Program-made: the position numbers and the translations under genes
Notes under the pieces: generated by a model
Database searches by the model: none
Seen by the model: only the letters and a program-made list of their open reading frames with translations
What the model was told of the DNA's origin: nothing
Shown: positions 1 to 13,028 of the stretch, one piece after another
Position numbering within the stretch: position 1 is the stretch's first letter
Layout: every line of letters begins with the position of its first letter
Assembly (NCBI GenBank): GCA_029953675.1
Contig: JAMWBK010000006.1
Location: forward strand, 1,488,001 to 1,552,000
DNA from: Rhodosorus marinus CCMP1338
Lineage: Eukaryota > Plantae > Rhodophyta
Direction: 5' to 3'
Length of the DNA: 64,000 nt

Positions 1-470
1 TGTCGCAGCACGCAAAGCTGACGTACAACTATTTTAAACGGACGAACTCTTTTAAGCTTGCGGGCGAGTTTACTGGCCTGGTCATCCGGTCTTCGATCGT
101 TCGCAATGACACCTCACGAATGTCCTCCACACGTTCATCGCCAGTATGGACTGTAGTTAGCGTGGGAAGGACACGGCCATGTGTGTGCATAGTCAACTGC
201 AAGGGTTTCCTTCCTCCACGGGTTGGTCCACTATGATGAGGAGTTACGGACTGGATGTACAGTGTCTCAGTTCGTCTCAGACATACGTACACGTGACGAG
301 GACGACAGCATCTATCTACTATCTACTAGTCCTCTGCACTTGTGCTAAGCTTCTAAACAATCTCTTATTTCATTTAATTTGTACATGCTATTTGCTCTTC
401 AGCTTCTCCCATCTCGGCAACGATAAAATATAATAGTTTCTCCTTCAGGAATCAGTTGAACTTCGCCCCT

Positions 471-1972
471 TCAAGCGAGCACGACCGGTTCCTTCACTTG
501 CTCGATAGTAGCTACAGCAGTAGCGCCCGGGTTGTTGCTCGAACTCCCATGGCCCTTTGCTGATTGCGTGCAAGTACTACTCCCAGCAGCCTGATCCCTT
601 GCAACGTCACGTGCGACATCCTCAGTTATTTCTACTTCCTTGCTCTTGACATCGGAACTCGAGTCAGTGTCCACTGCCTCAAGTCGTCTTTCTTCCGAAC
701 GCACGTGCGCGGATACACTTGAAGCCGATGCTGTAGAAGATGAAGGCCCAGCACCTCCTCGGTCTTCCAGTTTTATGTTCTTCTTGTCGTTCATCTTGTC
801 GTTGGGAGGTAAATAAGGTTCATTCTTAATAACGGAGGCCGGATCCCACACATCCCCGGTCGGTAATTTCTCAGAGGAGTACGGGCTTCCCCAAGAGAGT
901 TCAACAGGTAGACGGTTAGGCGCGCTAGGATGCACATCCATGAACGGAAGGAACAAGCCAAAGAGAAGAACGAACATGAACATCACGCGCATATTGCCGC
1001 CTCCGGCGCCGGTATCTGCCACTGCCGGTCGCGGTGTGATCGGCGTGATCAAACCCTAAAATAGTCAATTAGAGTTGGAGAAGATGAGCCACCTATTTGA
1101 AGACCAGAATAGCAAACGACTGATTGAGAATTATTTCCCTCATCGTTTACCTGGAAGACCTCCGACAGGAAAACTGGCCCAATATCAAGGCCAGTACCCT
1201 TCTGAATCTCTTCCGGGTCGCTCTCCGATGGTAGTGTTGACGGCGCTGGAGATCCTCCAGACACGGATACTTGTTCCCTTAGTCCCGCGACCTCAGCACG
1301 AAGTTTCGCCAATTCATCCTTCAAGTCTCCGTTCTGCTTCTGAACTTCGTCCCTCACGTTCTCAGACTTCAGCAACGCAGCTTCAAGCTCTTTCGTGTAA
1401 ACACGACGACGGATACGAGAAATGTACGCAGTCTTCCGGTTCTTCTTAAGCCGTTCCTCATGCTTCGAGCTCTCGGTCTTCTGACGCTTGCCGTCGCTGC
1501 TCTGTTCCTCATTTACGCCCTCCTCAGCAGCACGCTTCCTATCGCGCTGCTGGGAAGATGCCGTCGCGGCCTGTTGGGCCTTCTTCTTCGCAGACTCAAT
1601 GGCATACCGCCCGCTGCTACTTCCTTTAGGTAGGGGTTGCGCAGCGTCATCGCCACTGTCATCCCATGAGTGCTCCGTCGCTGTCATGTTCTCAACCACG
1701 GGTGTCGACTCGACTGCAGCCGATACTTTCAGATTGGCCGCCTTGACAGCAGGCCGGGCTTCAGAAGAGGCAGCAGTTGTTGACGAAGGCAAGCTGTACG
1801 GGTTGTTCTCTTCAAAGCTGACTTTGAAAAGCTCATCAGGGAAAAGAAGCTCGTTGTCTTCGACGTTCATATAGGGGCCTTCTTCAATTGGCTCAAGGCT
1901 CGGGAAGCTATCCGAAAGTTCCTTCAAATCCACCTCCAAATCCCCCTGCTTCGAATAGTTCTCAAACATCAT
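471..1972 (-). CDS. Membrane-tethered bZIP transcription factor, ~468 aa; exons 1972-1151 and 1055-471
   Basis: Basic region and zipper ERLKKNRKTAYISRIRRRVYTKELEAALLKSENVRDEVQKQNGDLKDELAKLRAEVAGLREQV. Phase-0 intron CAG|gtaaac...ttttag|GGT (1150-1056) joins the two listed ORFs. Hydrophobic segment VMFMFVLLFGLFLPFM follows the zipper. First in-frame ATG is at 1972; the ORF-track start at 2032 is GTG. Confidence 0.85.
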
Positions 1973-3615
1973 CTTGGCGTTTCCGTTTCCTCCTCGATTT
2001 TCAATAGAGCTTCCAAAGTCTACGCCCTCCACACGCGAAGGATTTCCCCCTCCTACGAGAGCAACACCTCAAAGCGCTGCCCCAGATATAGACAAGAATA
2101 CCACTACTGTCCTCCCGAGGTCGACTCGTTAGATGCGACAACACCCAACCGCTACCTATACACTTTCCGTATTTCTCAGGTAAAAAACCCTCAGAAAATT
2201 CAATAACAGCAAGACTCCAACCTCTCCCACTCATGGCCAGCCTTCTTTCCCAATAAGTAAGTACGTTCGAGGGGTGCTGTCGTTGAGGTGACCAACCACC
2301 CTCAATCAAGATATATTTTTAATGACTGAAGAAGTCACGTTTTTAGAAAACACGCCATCTAAAATATTCAAAATAAGCGAAATACAATGACTGACATTGC
2401 GATTGACTTCCCCGAAGTTAGCCTAATCGCTAAAACCCTTCAAGCTCGGATTGTCGGGGGACATTTCACGTATTCCCTGGGGTGTGGAGAAATCCGTTTC
2501 TGGACAAATATATTGTATTAGGGTAATTTATACGTGCGTATAGAAGTTGAACGGAGTGGCCAATGGGGGGTAGCGGGTGGCTCGGGAGTACCTGCGGAAG
2601 AAGAAAATCTGTGTTTTGAAGTTTTTAAGCGGGGAACCTCAAGAACGCTCTTTTTTCGGACACAGAAGCTGCTGGAAGCGTAAAATATTCATTTTAGATG
2701 TTTTCCGAAATTTTTTTTTTTGGCTTCTTGAGGGGTTCTTGTATCCTGAATTTTCCTCAAAAAAGGGGTCCAACAAAAAAGGAGGAAAGCTAGGAGAAAG
2801 GCTTCCAAATTATTCTGAAAACATGTGATAGGCTGAAGACTATTTTTTTATGTTTCGAGAAGCTTCAGTCGAAAAAGTCTCTAGAATAAAGCAGAACGTG
2901 AATCTTTGTTCGTGAGCCATGCGAAAAATTAAATAAATAAATTGACAGCGCCTTTTTTTGTTGGAAAACCCTGAAGAAAAGAAAGCTATCTTGATCGAAT
3001 AATTAATCAAAAGTTTAGTGCCGGATGTACTGAATTCACAAATTTATGATGCAAAAACAGAATTTCTTCATAAAAGGGACGCATTTTTTAAATTTTTTTG
3101 GACATGGGCTTTAGACATGAAAACTCAGCGATTCCTGCGGAATATCCAGGACAGCACCCTCTCTGTCGGGTCGCATTACCCGCTCCCAAGGATGCATGAG
3201 TTTGCACGGCCATCGGTAGTAGAATTGGACGAAAGATTCCGAAGACAAGCTGTCCCCCACACATTATGTGTTTTGGAACAAATTTTAAGTAGGAGTATTC
3301 ATTTTACGTCTCAAACGGTGGAGACGTCACAATTCACGAGCAGATATGACAACAGCACAAAGTCGTCAAAAGACTCCGGAAAATGACTGACGGCCCTTGC
3401 TGGCATAAAGTAAACTTACATTCGTCAAATATCTTCTCTCAAGGTAAAAGGATAGGAATTCAGAGCCTTAGTATTATGAATGTGAGAAATGTTAGAGGCT
3501 TGATTTGCTTTATCGGGACGTATAACTTCAAATGACCTGCCGGTTGGGTTTGGAATTGAGTGATGCTGGATTCTACTCAAAAAAATCTGGGATGCTGTCC
3601 GCGAGGTTTTTGACT

Positions 3616-5895
3616 TCAGAGCGTCCGTTTCATATATCTGATATTATCCCTACTTGAATGCACTTTTTGTGACTTTTTAGGGGCTGTCGACTTGCGCCGG
3701 CTGCCCCCGCTTACAAAGTCGACAGTAGTTTTGAAAAGACAGCACTGGGTGGGTGCCGACACTACGCCCCTTACAAGTTTTGCGGCAGGATCCGCACAAA
3801 ACAAGTGCGTTACGCAGAGCTGGTGTTTTCCCACAACTGAGTCGAGGCTGTCGATTTTGGCTGGGGCTTCTTTGAACAGACGGATTGTCTTGAATTGAGG
3901 TAGACAACTACGCTCCCCATTCCAATGAATGAATCTCACTCGTACCAGCACTTGATCCGCCCCGATTGATGACTGCTGTTATAGCTGACCGACAGACCCT
4001 CTATGACGGCTTGGGAATGGATGTGTGTATGCATGATTGCAGCTGGGCGTCAACACTAGAATTGAATTGCTTTATAGAGACAACAAGTGCTTTTTCTCAG
4101 CATGCTGGAATTGATGCACCTTCTAATTTGTGGCTGACGTGGTCGGGGGAGATCGGCCTTTAGAAAGACGTAACGGCCAGGAGTAAGATTTAGTCACTTA
4201 CGGTAATAAGTCTTAACAATTGTGTCGCATTTACAACAGCGCGCAACAACAGACTCACGCAGCTGTACAGCCGCATAGACTGGCCAACAAAGTGAGCTAG
4301 TGTGTTTGACCTTGGCCTGTGTGCTTGCGTACTTTGGTACGGATCCAGTGCTTCCTATCACAATGATACTTCATCCGCTCCGAGTGTTGAGTGCTGCTAT
4401 AGCTCACCGACAAACCACCTCCACCGCGATCGTCCACGCGCCCCCATGCATCGGCCGATAATACTTACAAAGTTCTGCAATGTGTTTTCCTGCTCAGCTT
4501 GCCAGTAGGTGTGTTGGCTAAAACTGCCTGTGCACTTTCGTACGCTTTTGCAGTTTTCGCGAGTTTAGATCTGGGGCTGTCGTTTTGCCAGCTCATTGCT
4601 CTGTGCATGGGATACTGGAGACATCCAACTGCGAAGTGGACTGGGATATCTTCCGTTGAGACAGCGCGGTCTCCCGCGGCCAACTCATTGGCACGGGGGA
4701 TAAAATGCTTCGGTATTGTCCAGCAAACATTGCCCTAGTCCTGTCACTGCTCCCTTCTTCACACGTTAGATGATGTGTCCCTGGAATACCTTGCCCAGCG
4801 CTTATTCAAACATGGCAAAGATGGTAAGCGAACTATCAGCGTGTGGGTGCTCCTCGACGAACCCTGTTAGCACTTCCCAGACCAAAAAAAGACAGTTACA
4901 TAACTACTTCTAGACTCCCCTTCGCACAAAAATTTAGCTAATACAACACATCCCTCCTAAACTCCTAATACGCTTAATTATGACTTTCTTTATGACTTGT
5001 TACATCCAAACCATGACCCATAGCATTGTTTTTGGACCAAAAAAGCTGGCCAGAAGAATACAGCTCGACGTTAAAGGGCAGCGGACAAGAGGTGTCAAGG
5101 GTATTGACCTTAATGGCGGAAGGCAATACCACCAATAGTTGCCACATGGTGAACTACCTTGATGCCAATCAGAAAGGGGATTCTATCGTGCTGGATGTGG
5201 TTGAGGAGTCGTTTGAGCATGCTCATTTTCTTTTCGAAGAGATGCGATAGAATCTCTCTGCTCTTCATCGAACCTGCAAAAGCTGCAGCAGCCTCGTAGA
5301 ATCTCTTCCCTCCCCGAACAGATTCATCCAAATTCATGATTCTGCAAATCAAGAATCCATCAACAAGCAAAACTTGCACTCCCTTCACCTCCTCAAGATC
5401 CGTCAACACGCGTCAAGCTCCTGCTCGCAAACGTTGGCGGAGGAAAGATTCCTCACCTAGTCTTTCCGCGTCCATGCGATACCGATTTCTAAAAGCCCAC
5501 GAGAGGGGGGGTTTTAGTTTCCTACTTATTTTAGCTACCTCTGGCGCTACAATCTGCGGTCGGCACCGACATTAATCATCACCATGCGTTCATGCAGAGC
5601 CTAAATACCCCGCGGAGCGCGAAAGAGCGGTGCTTTTGACACAACTAAGCACCATTAGAGCGCCATCGCGTCAGAGACTGCTCTGCGTGGAGGCGGTCAA
5701 CATGGCCGGGATCTTCTAGTAAAGACACCACGAACCACTGTCTAAAAGAACAAAGAACTCGATACTGAGCAGCACAAACCGATGAGACAGGGCCGAGTCG
5801 CGAAAGGTAGGATCAGTCATCGCCTCAAACTGAAGTCGCTCCTTCAGTTGCGGCGCTCGGCGAATTTCTTCATCTAAACTTGTCCTCCAAAACAT
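3616..5895 (-). CDS. Probable multi-exon gene(s) of unknown function; exon structure unresolved
   Basis: Chain of open segments with GT/AG-like boundaries (MFWRTSLDEEIRRAPQ..., ...VQVLLVDGFLICRIMNLDESVRGG..., ...ELCKYYRPMHGGAWTIAVEVVCR, ...CLPQFKTIRLFKEAP...). No family recognised. Confidence 0.3.
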
Positions 5896-6640
5896 TTCAG
5901 GAAGCGCAGCTCACCCACCCCCCCCACTTGGACTTATGATATATAGTTAATTTAAGTTGAATAATTCATTTTATGGATCATAAATTGATTTTCTACTCCC
6001 ACTTTTTGTCTTAGTTTTCATGCTCTCAGGCTTGTTGTCTGACTATACAATGATGAGGTTGTACTACTAGAAGTATGTGTGTTTTAGTGAACATGTGAAC
6101 GTTGACCTCCTACTGCAGTCCTTTGATTCCTGTCCGATCTCCATATTGCTTCCTTTGGCCCGTGCAAAACTTTGAGAAGCGGATGCAGAAGGAGTGCGAA
6201 GTATCTCTTCGCTTTCTCCCAGCTTGGATTTCTCCTCTAAGATCGTGTCGGAGATCGGGATCAAGATGTGCTGAAATATCGAACTCATCAACATCTTCTG
6301 GTACAGAATTTGTTTTCAAGTCTTCCTTTCCTGCTTCCTTTCTGGGAGCTGGTGAAACCGTTGTTTTTGCCCGGTTCGCATTGACTCTACCTCAAAAGTT
6401 TCAATCCTGTACGCAGTCGAATGTTCATCATCATCCATTTATTCAGAGCCTAAGCACCCCGTTTGTTCCACGAGTTTCTGCTCAAAACTCTTAGGGAAGC
6501 GGGTAGGTCTCATAGACTATGTATGGTATTGTGAATTTTAATTTAATAATTCATTATATCGATCGGGCGATGGTTTTTCTTCATAGAACGAGTGTACTTC
6601 AAATTTAGGCCTCTATTTTATAAACAAAAAACAACACAAA

Positions 6641-6764
6641 CATAGGGCATGAATTAAAAATATATCTACGACATACGGCAATGACATAGTATTAAAAAAT
6701 GGCCCTATGGCCCTATGAAAATGGTTCAGAATCGAGGGGTATTCCTAGATCCTCTGGCCCTATG
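6641..6764. promoter_or_regulatory. Cluster of (TG)GCCCTATG motifs upstream of RPB9
   Basis: TGGCCCTATG at 6700-6709 and 6755-6764, an overlapping GGCCCTATG at 6709-6717, and an inverted CATAGGGC at 6641-6648, all in AT-rich intergenic DNA. Confidence 0.4.
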
Positions 6765-6977
6765 CCCCATTCCCACCTTATTAGTAATCTAAATACAGTA
6801 CTATAGAAAGAATGGTGCTACTAATCATTACTATATTGGTTTCCGGGAGGAGGAGCTGATAGGGCTTGGGGATTGGGGAGGGCGAAGGGGACATTGAAGA
6901 GGACTAAGGCAAGCGTGTGAACGCTCCTGTTTTGTTCGATTTAGTTTACTTGTAAACTAAACGCTATTATTTAAAGG

Positions 6978-7609
6978 ATGGGTGTGAAGTTCTGCGGTGA
7001 ATGGTACGTTTGATGGTTTGCTATCAACTGGAGTTCTTAATTTGTTTCCCCAACTTAAGGGACAGGGGTTCGGGATTTCTGTTATGTTCAACTCAATGTT
7101 GGGGAACTTTTTTTTCTGTGTTTGTTTCTTTCCTTGACTGACCGTTTCTGTTTTTTGCTTTCATCTGAGCAGCAGCAATATGCTGTACCCGATGGAGGAT
7201 AAGGCTTTGAGGAGAAGCACGAAGCAGCGGAGCTTGATATATTCTTGCCGAAGCTGTGGAAACAAGGAAGCGGTTACGGATTTGAGTGAGCCTGTTTATA
7301 GACATGTCATTGCTCATCAAGCAAGGTATGTGGTGACCTTGGAAAACTTTGAGGAGAGAATCGTGGGTGGATTAGGTCAAGTCTAAGCGATGAATATTTT
7401 CTGTTGATGATTCAAGTGAGGTAACTCAGGAGACTTATGACGTCACTGCTGATCCAACGCTGCCGAGAACTTACGAAACGGCCTGTAGGAACTGCGGTCA
7501 CAAAGAAGCTGTGTATTTTCAAGTACCTGTGGGCAAGAATGATGATATGCTTGTGCTCCACTTTGTCTGTGTCAACTGTCGCGAGAATTGGTTCTCCAGT
7601 GACGACTAG
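6978..7609 (+). CDS. RPB9: RNA polymerase II subunit RPB9, 123 aa; join(6978-7003,7173-7325,7417-7609)
   Basis: Spliced protein MGVKFCGECSNMLYPMEDK...YSCRSCGNKE...DVTADPTLPRTYETACRNCGHKEAVYFQ...LHFVCVNCRENW. Two zinc ribbons and the DPTLPRT motif; both introns GT-AG with consistent phases. Confidence 0.95.
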
Positions 7610-8383
7610 CTCGGTTAACGCGCCCAGCTTACATGAAGTTTCAGTTGAAGAACGCTCTGATCTAAATAAGGGGGCCCCGTACTGATCATTTCTCTAACTG
7701 CGTAACTTAGAAGAATGCATTTCATTAGTCAACACTTGCGGACATGCCGAGGAAGCAGTGTTCTAAACCTAAATGTAGGTTCAAGTACATACACCTTTCC
7801 CTGTCATATGAAATCAAAGACCCTTTACTACAGTCTGTTTACAGCAAGGCTTTGCAGAGTTCATCCGAACCAATTTTCCAGCAATGACCTACCCATAGAT
7901 GATCGATACTGCGACGAGAATCCTGAAGCTCAGCCGCGGTGAGAGCCACCGACGAGCTTCGCGAATTCTACTGAAGACATCGTTCGATTTCTACGCACCC
8001 TTTTGACGAACGTAGAACCTAGAAGCTCGCTCAGGCTATCTGCTGGTCTCGAAGCTTCACACACAACACCGTTCCGAAGTTCATCGTCGCTCAGAGCTGC
8101 GGATCGGAGTGACAGCAAAGCGCAGTGCACATGTTTTTCGTTTCCCTTCGTCGCAAACACTCATGGAACGGTTGCGGAAAGGCGGCAAGCAAATGGACTA
8201 CCTATCACAAAATGTTTGTTCTTTATTATCTCAGAAAGTAAGGAAAATCAAGAGGGAAAAAGGGGGTTAGAAAGGTCCTTGTCACTCTCTTTTTTCTTTG
8301 TTCGCTGTCTTTTCGAACGTTTCGATCACGATTATTTCAAAAGCTTATGCCTCTGGAGGTCTTCAGCACCCCGACTGGGTCAT

Positions 8384-10294
8384 CTACTTTGCGGCCTTCT
8401 TTTTCCCAAACGGATTAAAGAAACCCTTTCCTTTGTCTTGAGAGTCTTCGTGCAGCTCCGCAAGCTTCAGGACAAGCTCCTTCTCCTTCGCAGTTATGTT
8501 GGTAGGGATCTTCACCTAAAAAAGTTTTGAAACAAATTGAGGAAGAAAGAAGGGTGGAAAATTAAGGCAAACTCCGTAGCACCTCTTCAACAGTTCTTGA
8601 ACGCCAAACGACTCAAAGCGCCGTAACAAGCTCGACAATTTCTTTGCCGTGTGGGTAGATGCAATTGCGCCAAAGGACTTCTCAACAAGTTTTTTTGCCA
8701 ACAGAATCTTACCTCAATCGTGACAATGTGGTCTCCCCTGGATGTCGGTTGCCCAAGTTTTGGAATACCCTTTGAGGAAATTCTAAGCTGTCTTCCGGGC
8801 TGCGTACCAGCAGGGACAGCCAACAGGACCTCCCCGTCGATGGTCATTACAGGCAACTTTTTTCCCAGAATAGCGTCCGTGTAGGAAACTGGCAAACTGG
8901 TATACACTGTTTGTCCCTCGCGTTTGAAGACAGAATCCTGCTTGACATTCAAAACAACGTACAAATCACCCGGAGGTCCAGATCGGAGTCCAGCATCTCC
9001 CTCGCCGCGAACTCTGAGCCGAGAGCCCGTGTCGACGCCAGCAGGGACGGTGATTACGACCTGTTTAGATTCCTGCACTCGGCCACGACCACCACAGTTA
9101 CCGCAGTACTCTTCAACGATTTCTCCGGTTCCGCGGCATTCAGGGCAGGTGGATTGCTGCTGGAAAGACCCTAGCGGCGTTCGTGCAACCTATATACGTA
9201 GCACAGAAATCATGCAAATTTAGGGCGTCACGTTGATAGGAGATTGCACTCTTTGGTTTGAAGTTGCGCATACCGTAACAACCACACCGTTCCCACTGCA
9301 AGTATTGCACGTTCTGGGTTTGACCCCAGGCTTCACACCAGTCCCAGAGCACGTATTGCATCCCTCTAAATGAGTAAAAGTAATTCTTTGCTCTCCTCCA
9401 AAAGCGGCCTTCTTAAAGTCAATGTCCACCGCAAGCCGCAGATCTTCACCTGCAGAAGGTCCGCTGCGACGACGGCGAGGTCCTCCCCCTGCAGCAGCCG
9501 CATTCCCGCCAAAGAACGTCTCGAAAATGTCCCCGATCCCACCAAAATCGCTGAAGTCTGAGAATCCTGGTTGTCCCGCACCTCCTACACATAGACGAGA
9601 TACCCGAGGTCAGGAAATCTTTTCCTCGTCTTGGATGGATGAACAGCGGAACTCGCAAACCGCGTTCCCAGTGTATAATCGCTGGTCCTACCTGATACCC
9701 CGGCTTCCCCAAACTGATCATACATTTTCCGTTTCTGGGGATCGGACAATACCTCGTATGCTCTTGTGCATTCCTGAAATTTTTCCTTTGCGCCGTCTGA
9801 CTGATTGACGTCTGGGTGGTACTGACGAGCCATTTTTCTGTACGCAGTCTTCAGCTCCTTTTCGCTGGCAGACCTTCCGACTCCGAGAACGTTATAGTAA
9901 TCCTGATCACATCGAAACCGGGCGATCTCAGTACTTCGCGACGTATTTCAAAACCCAGGCAAGCAGTCATCCAACTAGACGACGCGATTGACGCTAAAAC
10001 AACTCACAACGTCCATGCGGACTTCCCGTCGAACTCCATCCCGGCGGAACTTTGGCAACTGAGCTCGTGGCGCCTGTCCCACGGCTTTCCCATAAAAATC
10101 GCTCCGCTCACAGCACGTCGATCGGCCCTACGTCGTCCCCCCCCAAAGAAAAGCATCGACCAAACAATCAAAGGATGTCAGTCCCACGAGACATAAACCC
10201 CCCAAAAAAACTAATCTCCCCAGTTCGATGCAAATACACGTACCTTTAGGCCTCCTGAAAATCCACTCAACGGTACAAACCCAACCGCATCCAT
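8384..10294 (-). CDS. dnaJ: Plastid-targeted type I DnaJ/Hsp40 co-chaperone, 433 aa; exons 10294-10244, 10127-10008, 9902-9692, 9584-9274, 9189-8713, 8515-8384
   Basis: J domain DYYNVLGV...YHPDVN, G/F region, four CxxCxGxG zinc motifs, C-terminal domain ([17 protein letters not shown]...GDLYVVL...RGDHIVTI). Transit peptide [17 protein letters not shown]. All five introns GT-AG and phase-consistent. Confidence 0.95.
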
Positions 10295-13028
10295 CCCCTC
10301 TTAACCTTAACCTCACACCAACCAAAAATATACAAACAACAAACACACACTCCCCCCCCCCCAACCCCGGTCCCTCCCAACAAAGAAAACCAGATAACCC
10401 CAAGCAGCTCACTCTTTCATCCAAAGCAAACTAAAACCAAAATCAAACCCACTACCATGACCTCCCTCATCTCCTTCCTCTCTCACAAGCCTCCTTACCC
10501 GGTCCATCTCCTCATCCCGTCCATCCTCATCCCACTACGCCATCACCTACCCACACCCACCCTCCACAAACCCCAAAACAAACAGCTCCAGCAAAAAAAA
10601 ATAAATTTTCCAACCACAACAAAATCTCTTCCCCTTCCTCCCCCCTCTCTCTTTCTTTACCCAAAACATCTTAAAAACTAACAAAAAATCATCTATTCCC
10701 GTCCGTCCGAAACGCGAAAAAAGCCACTATTTTCCTTTCCGTTTTCAAAAAATTATAAACTTTCAAATAATCCAGACTCAATCTCCGATATTAAAAAAAG
10801 GGACATTGTCACAATTTTTCTTTTCTTTTTCTTTTTTTCGTGCTTGCAATGCCCTTTTTGTCTACCGCGGCGGTGGTCCATAATGGCAGGAATCTAATGG
10901 TTCTGAATGGGGGGGAAGGCGGAGGGGGCACCAGCGAAGCTTCTCCGATTTTTTGGTGGTTGATCATGCTGAAGGCTTGGTAGATAGATGGATATAAATA
11001 TATTGATTTTTAAAAAATGAAGATACGTCTAGAAGAAATAAAATAGTTATGTTTTGCCTAGAAATAATGTTTTTATTGGAAACGGTTTAGAATATTTGAA
11101 TTATTTGGGAGTTTTAGATAGTGAATAGATGATTATTTTAGGTGGTCTATCTGTGAGTTTGGAACCGCGATGTTGTCCCCGCGCAGGCACGTGGGGAAAG
11201 GCGAGAGGGAGGAGGGGAAGGGGGGGTTGTATCCTTAAGCAATGCAAGTAAACATTGTTATTTTTATTGTAATTGAGGAATCTGGATGACAATGCGTTCG
11301 GCGGACAATATTTCACCCCTATTGCCCCTGTGTTGGGAACTTCCATCCCGTAGGGACGAATCGATAGGGGAGGAGAGGTTGATGGGCGACGTGCGGGGAA
11401 CGCTGTTTGCTCGAGAAATTTAGAAAATATTATATTTCTACGTACCTGTTGTAATATAAATATACAATTTATCCATCTGTCTCCACCTTGGCCAGTTGCA
11501 ACTATTCAGTGGCATCTCTTCGTTGATTTAGAAGCGTCAATTTACAACCTCTGGATATATAATATGAATACAAAAAGGGAGTTGATGTACGTACTCGATG
11601 ATGATTCGCAATAAGAAAATTCACGCCGGTGAGTACCTCTTGATGAAAACGAATAAAAAAAAATCCGGATTTTGCTTTTGCCTAAATTTTTCTCCCATTT
11701 TGAATGGGGCGGTTGGGGGATGGAACACTTCGAACCCCCCCCAGCTCCCCCGTTTTCAATGCAGAAAGCTTTTCAACAGGCAATTCTTGTGGCTGATGGA
11801 TAGCCCACCCTGAAGTACGAACTGGATAGGGCTAAAACAATTCTTCAAAATGGGAAGAAATATGTCGCCTCTAGTACTCCGTTGAATAAGGCATGTATTT
11901 AGATCCTCAAGCAAAATCTAGAAAATACTGTTGGAAATTGGCGGTAAAGGGTTAATATTTTACTCATATTGGATTTATTGTTTCTTGGCCGAATTTGGAG
12001 GGGTAGGATAATTCCATCCTGAGCAAAATCTGAAGTAAATGATTGCCCCAGACCGGTGGCACGACCTTAACTCTGCCATGACATGTCTAAATCAAGGTTT
12101 CCATAACTTTTTGGAAATTTTTGGGATGTCATAGAAGGGAAGTAATACTACAAAAGGGAGACTGCTGACTGACTGTAGACAGGCCATGACCATGATTTGG
12201 GCGCAAGCGATTGCATGCCGGAAGACTCTGCGCAGAAGAGTGGAAGAGAGCAGCCACGGAGGAAATCGGCTCGCTTACTAGAAGCGATATAGAAACTTTT
12301 TCGAAAGAAAAGGGATGTTAGAATACTTCTTCTTGGGTTCAACTCCTATGATGTTGCACAGGAGCTGGCATTTGTCAATGCTAGAAGTCGTAGGCTTCCA
12401 TACTATAGCCATTCTTCGACAGCTACCTACCATAGCGGAACACTAACACCTTCAAGGCGCTCTGTAAACCCGAACTCGCAGTCCAGCTTTCATGCCGCGT
12501 TTGAATCTCCGGGAAACAGGCGGTGATCAGCGCGATCCCTCTGACCGCTTGCCTTGTATATGCTCAGCATTCCTTCGCCTGAAGATGCGATTTAGTAGGG
12601 CGCTTGCGCTATGCAGGTGTTGCTCTCTGTCAAGGGCTGTCACCGGTCGGAGAAACAAGATGGAAAACTGAAGGAATAATCTAAATGCCAATTGACAATC
12701 TCCAAAAGGTCATTATTTGCCCTTTCCATCAATTCTCACAAGTTCAGCTGGGTCTTCTTGTGAACCCCGCCTGCCCCACTAGTTCAGTTTTCACTTTGCC
12801 CGTGTAAGACTGTGGGGCAGATCGCGGCTTCGAGTTCAGCTGGTTGTTGATGGCACTTCTTGTGAATCCTTGTTCACAGAAGACGATCTTTTACTGCGTC
12901 CTTAAAAGTATTCCTGTACAAAGTCATTCAAGTTAAAAAAAGACAACAGCCTGCAGAACCAGGTCTGAAACGATAGAAGTGCTTTGGGAAACGGCAATCT
13001 CAGTCCGTGGATCACAGGCGGGAGGGAC

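Noticed and set aside
1-350. Possible 3' end of a plus-strand gene (SQHAKLTYNYFKRTNSFKLAGEFTGLVIR...)
   Set aside because: Truncated by the window edge; no family motif; strand uncertain.
990-1200. IRE1-type twin stem-loops (CNG/CNG) for unconventional splicing of the bZIP mRNA
   Set aside because: CGGCAG and CTGTCG occur but lack paired stems; the 7-bp hairpin ACTGGCC/GGCCAGT has the wrong loop.
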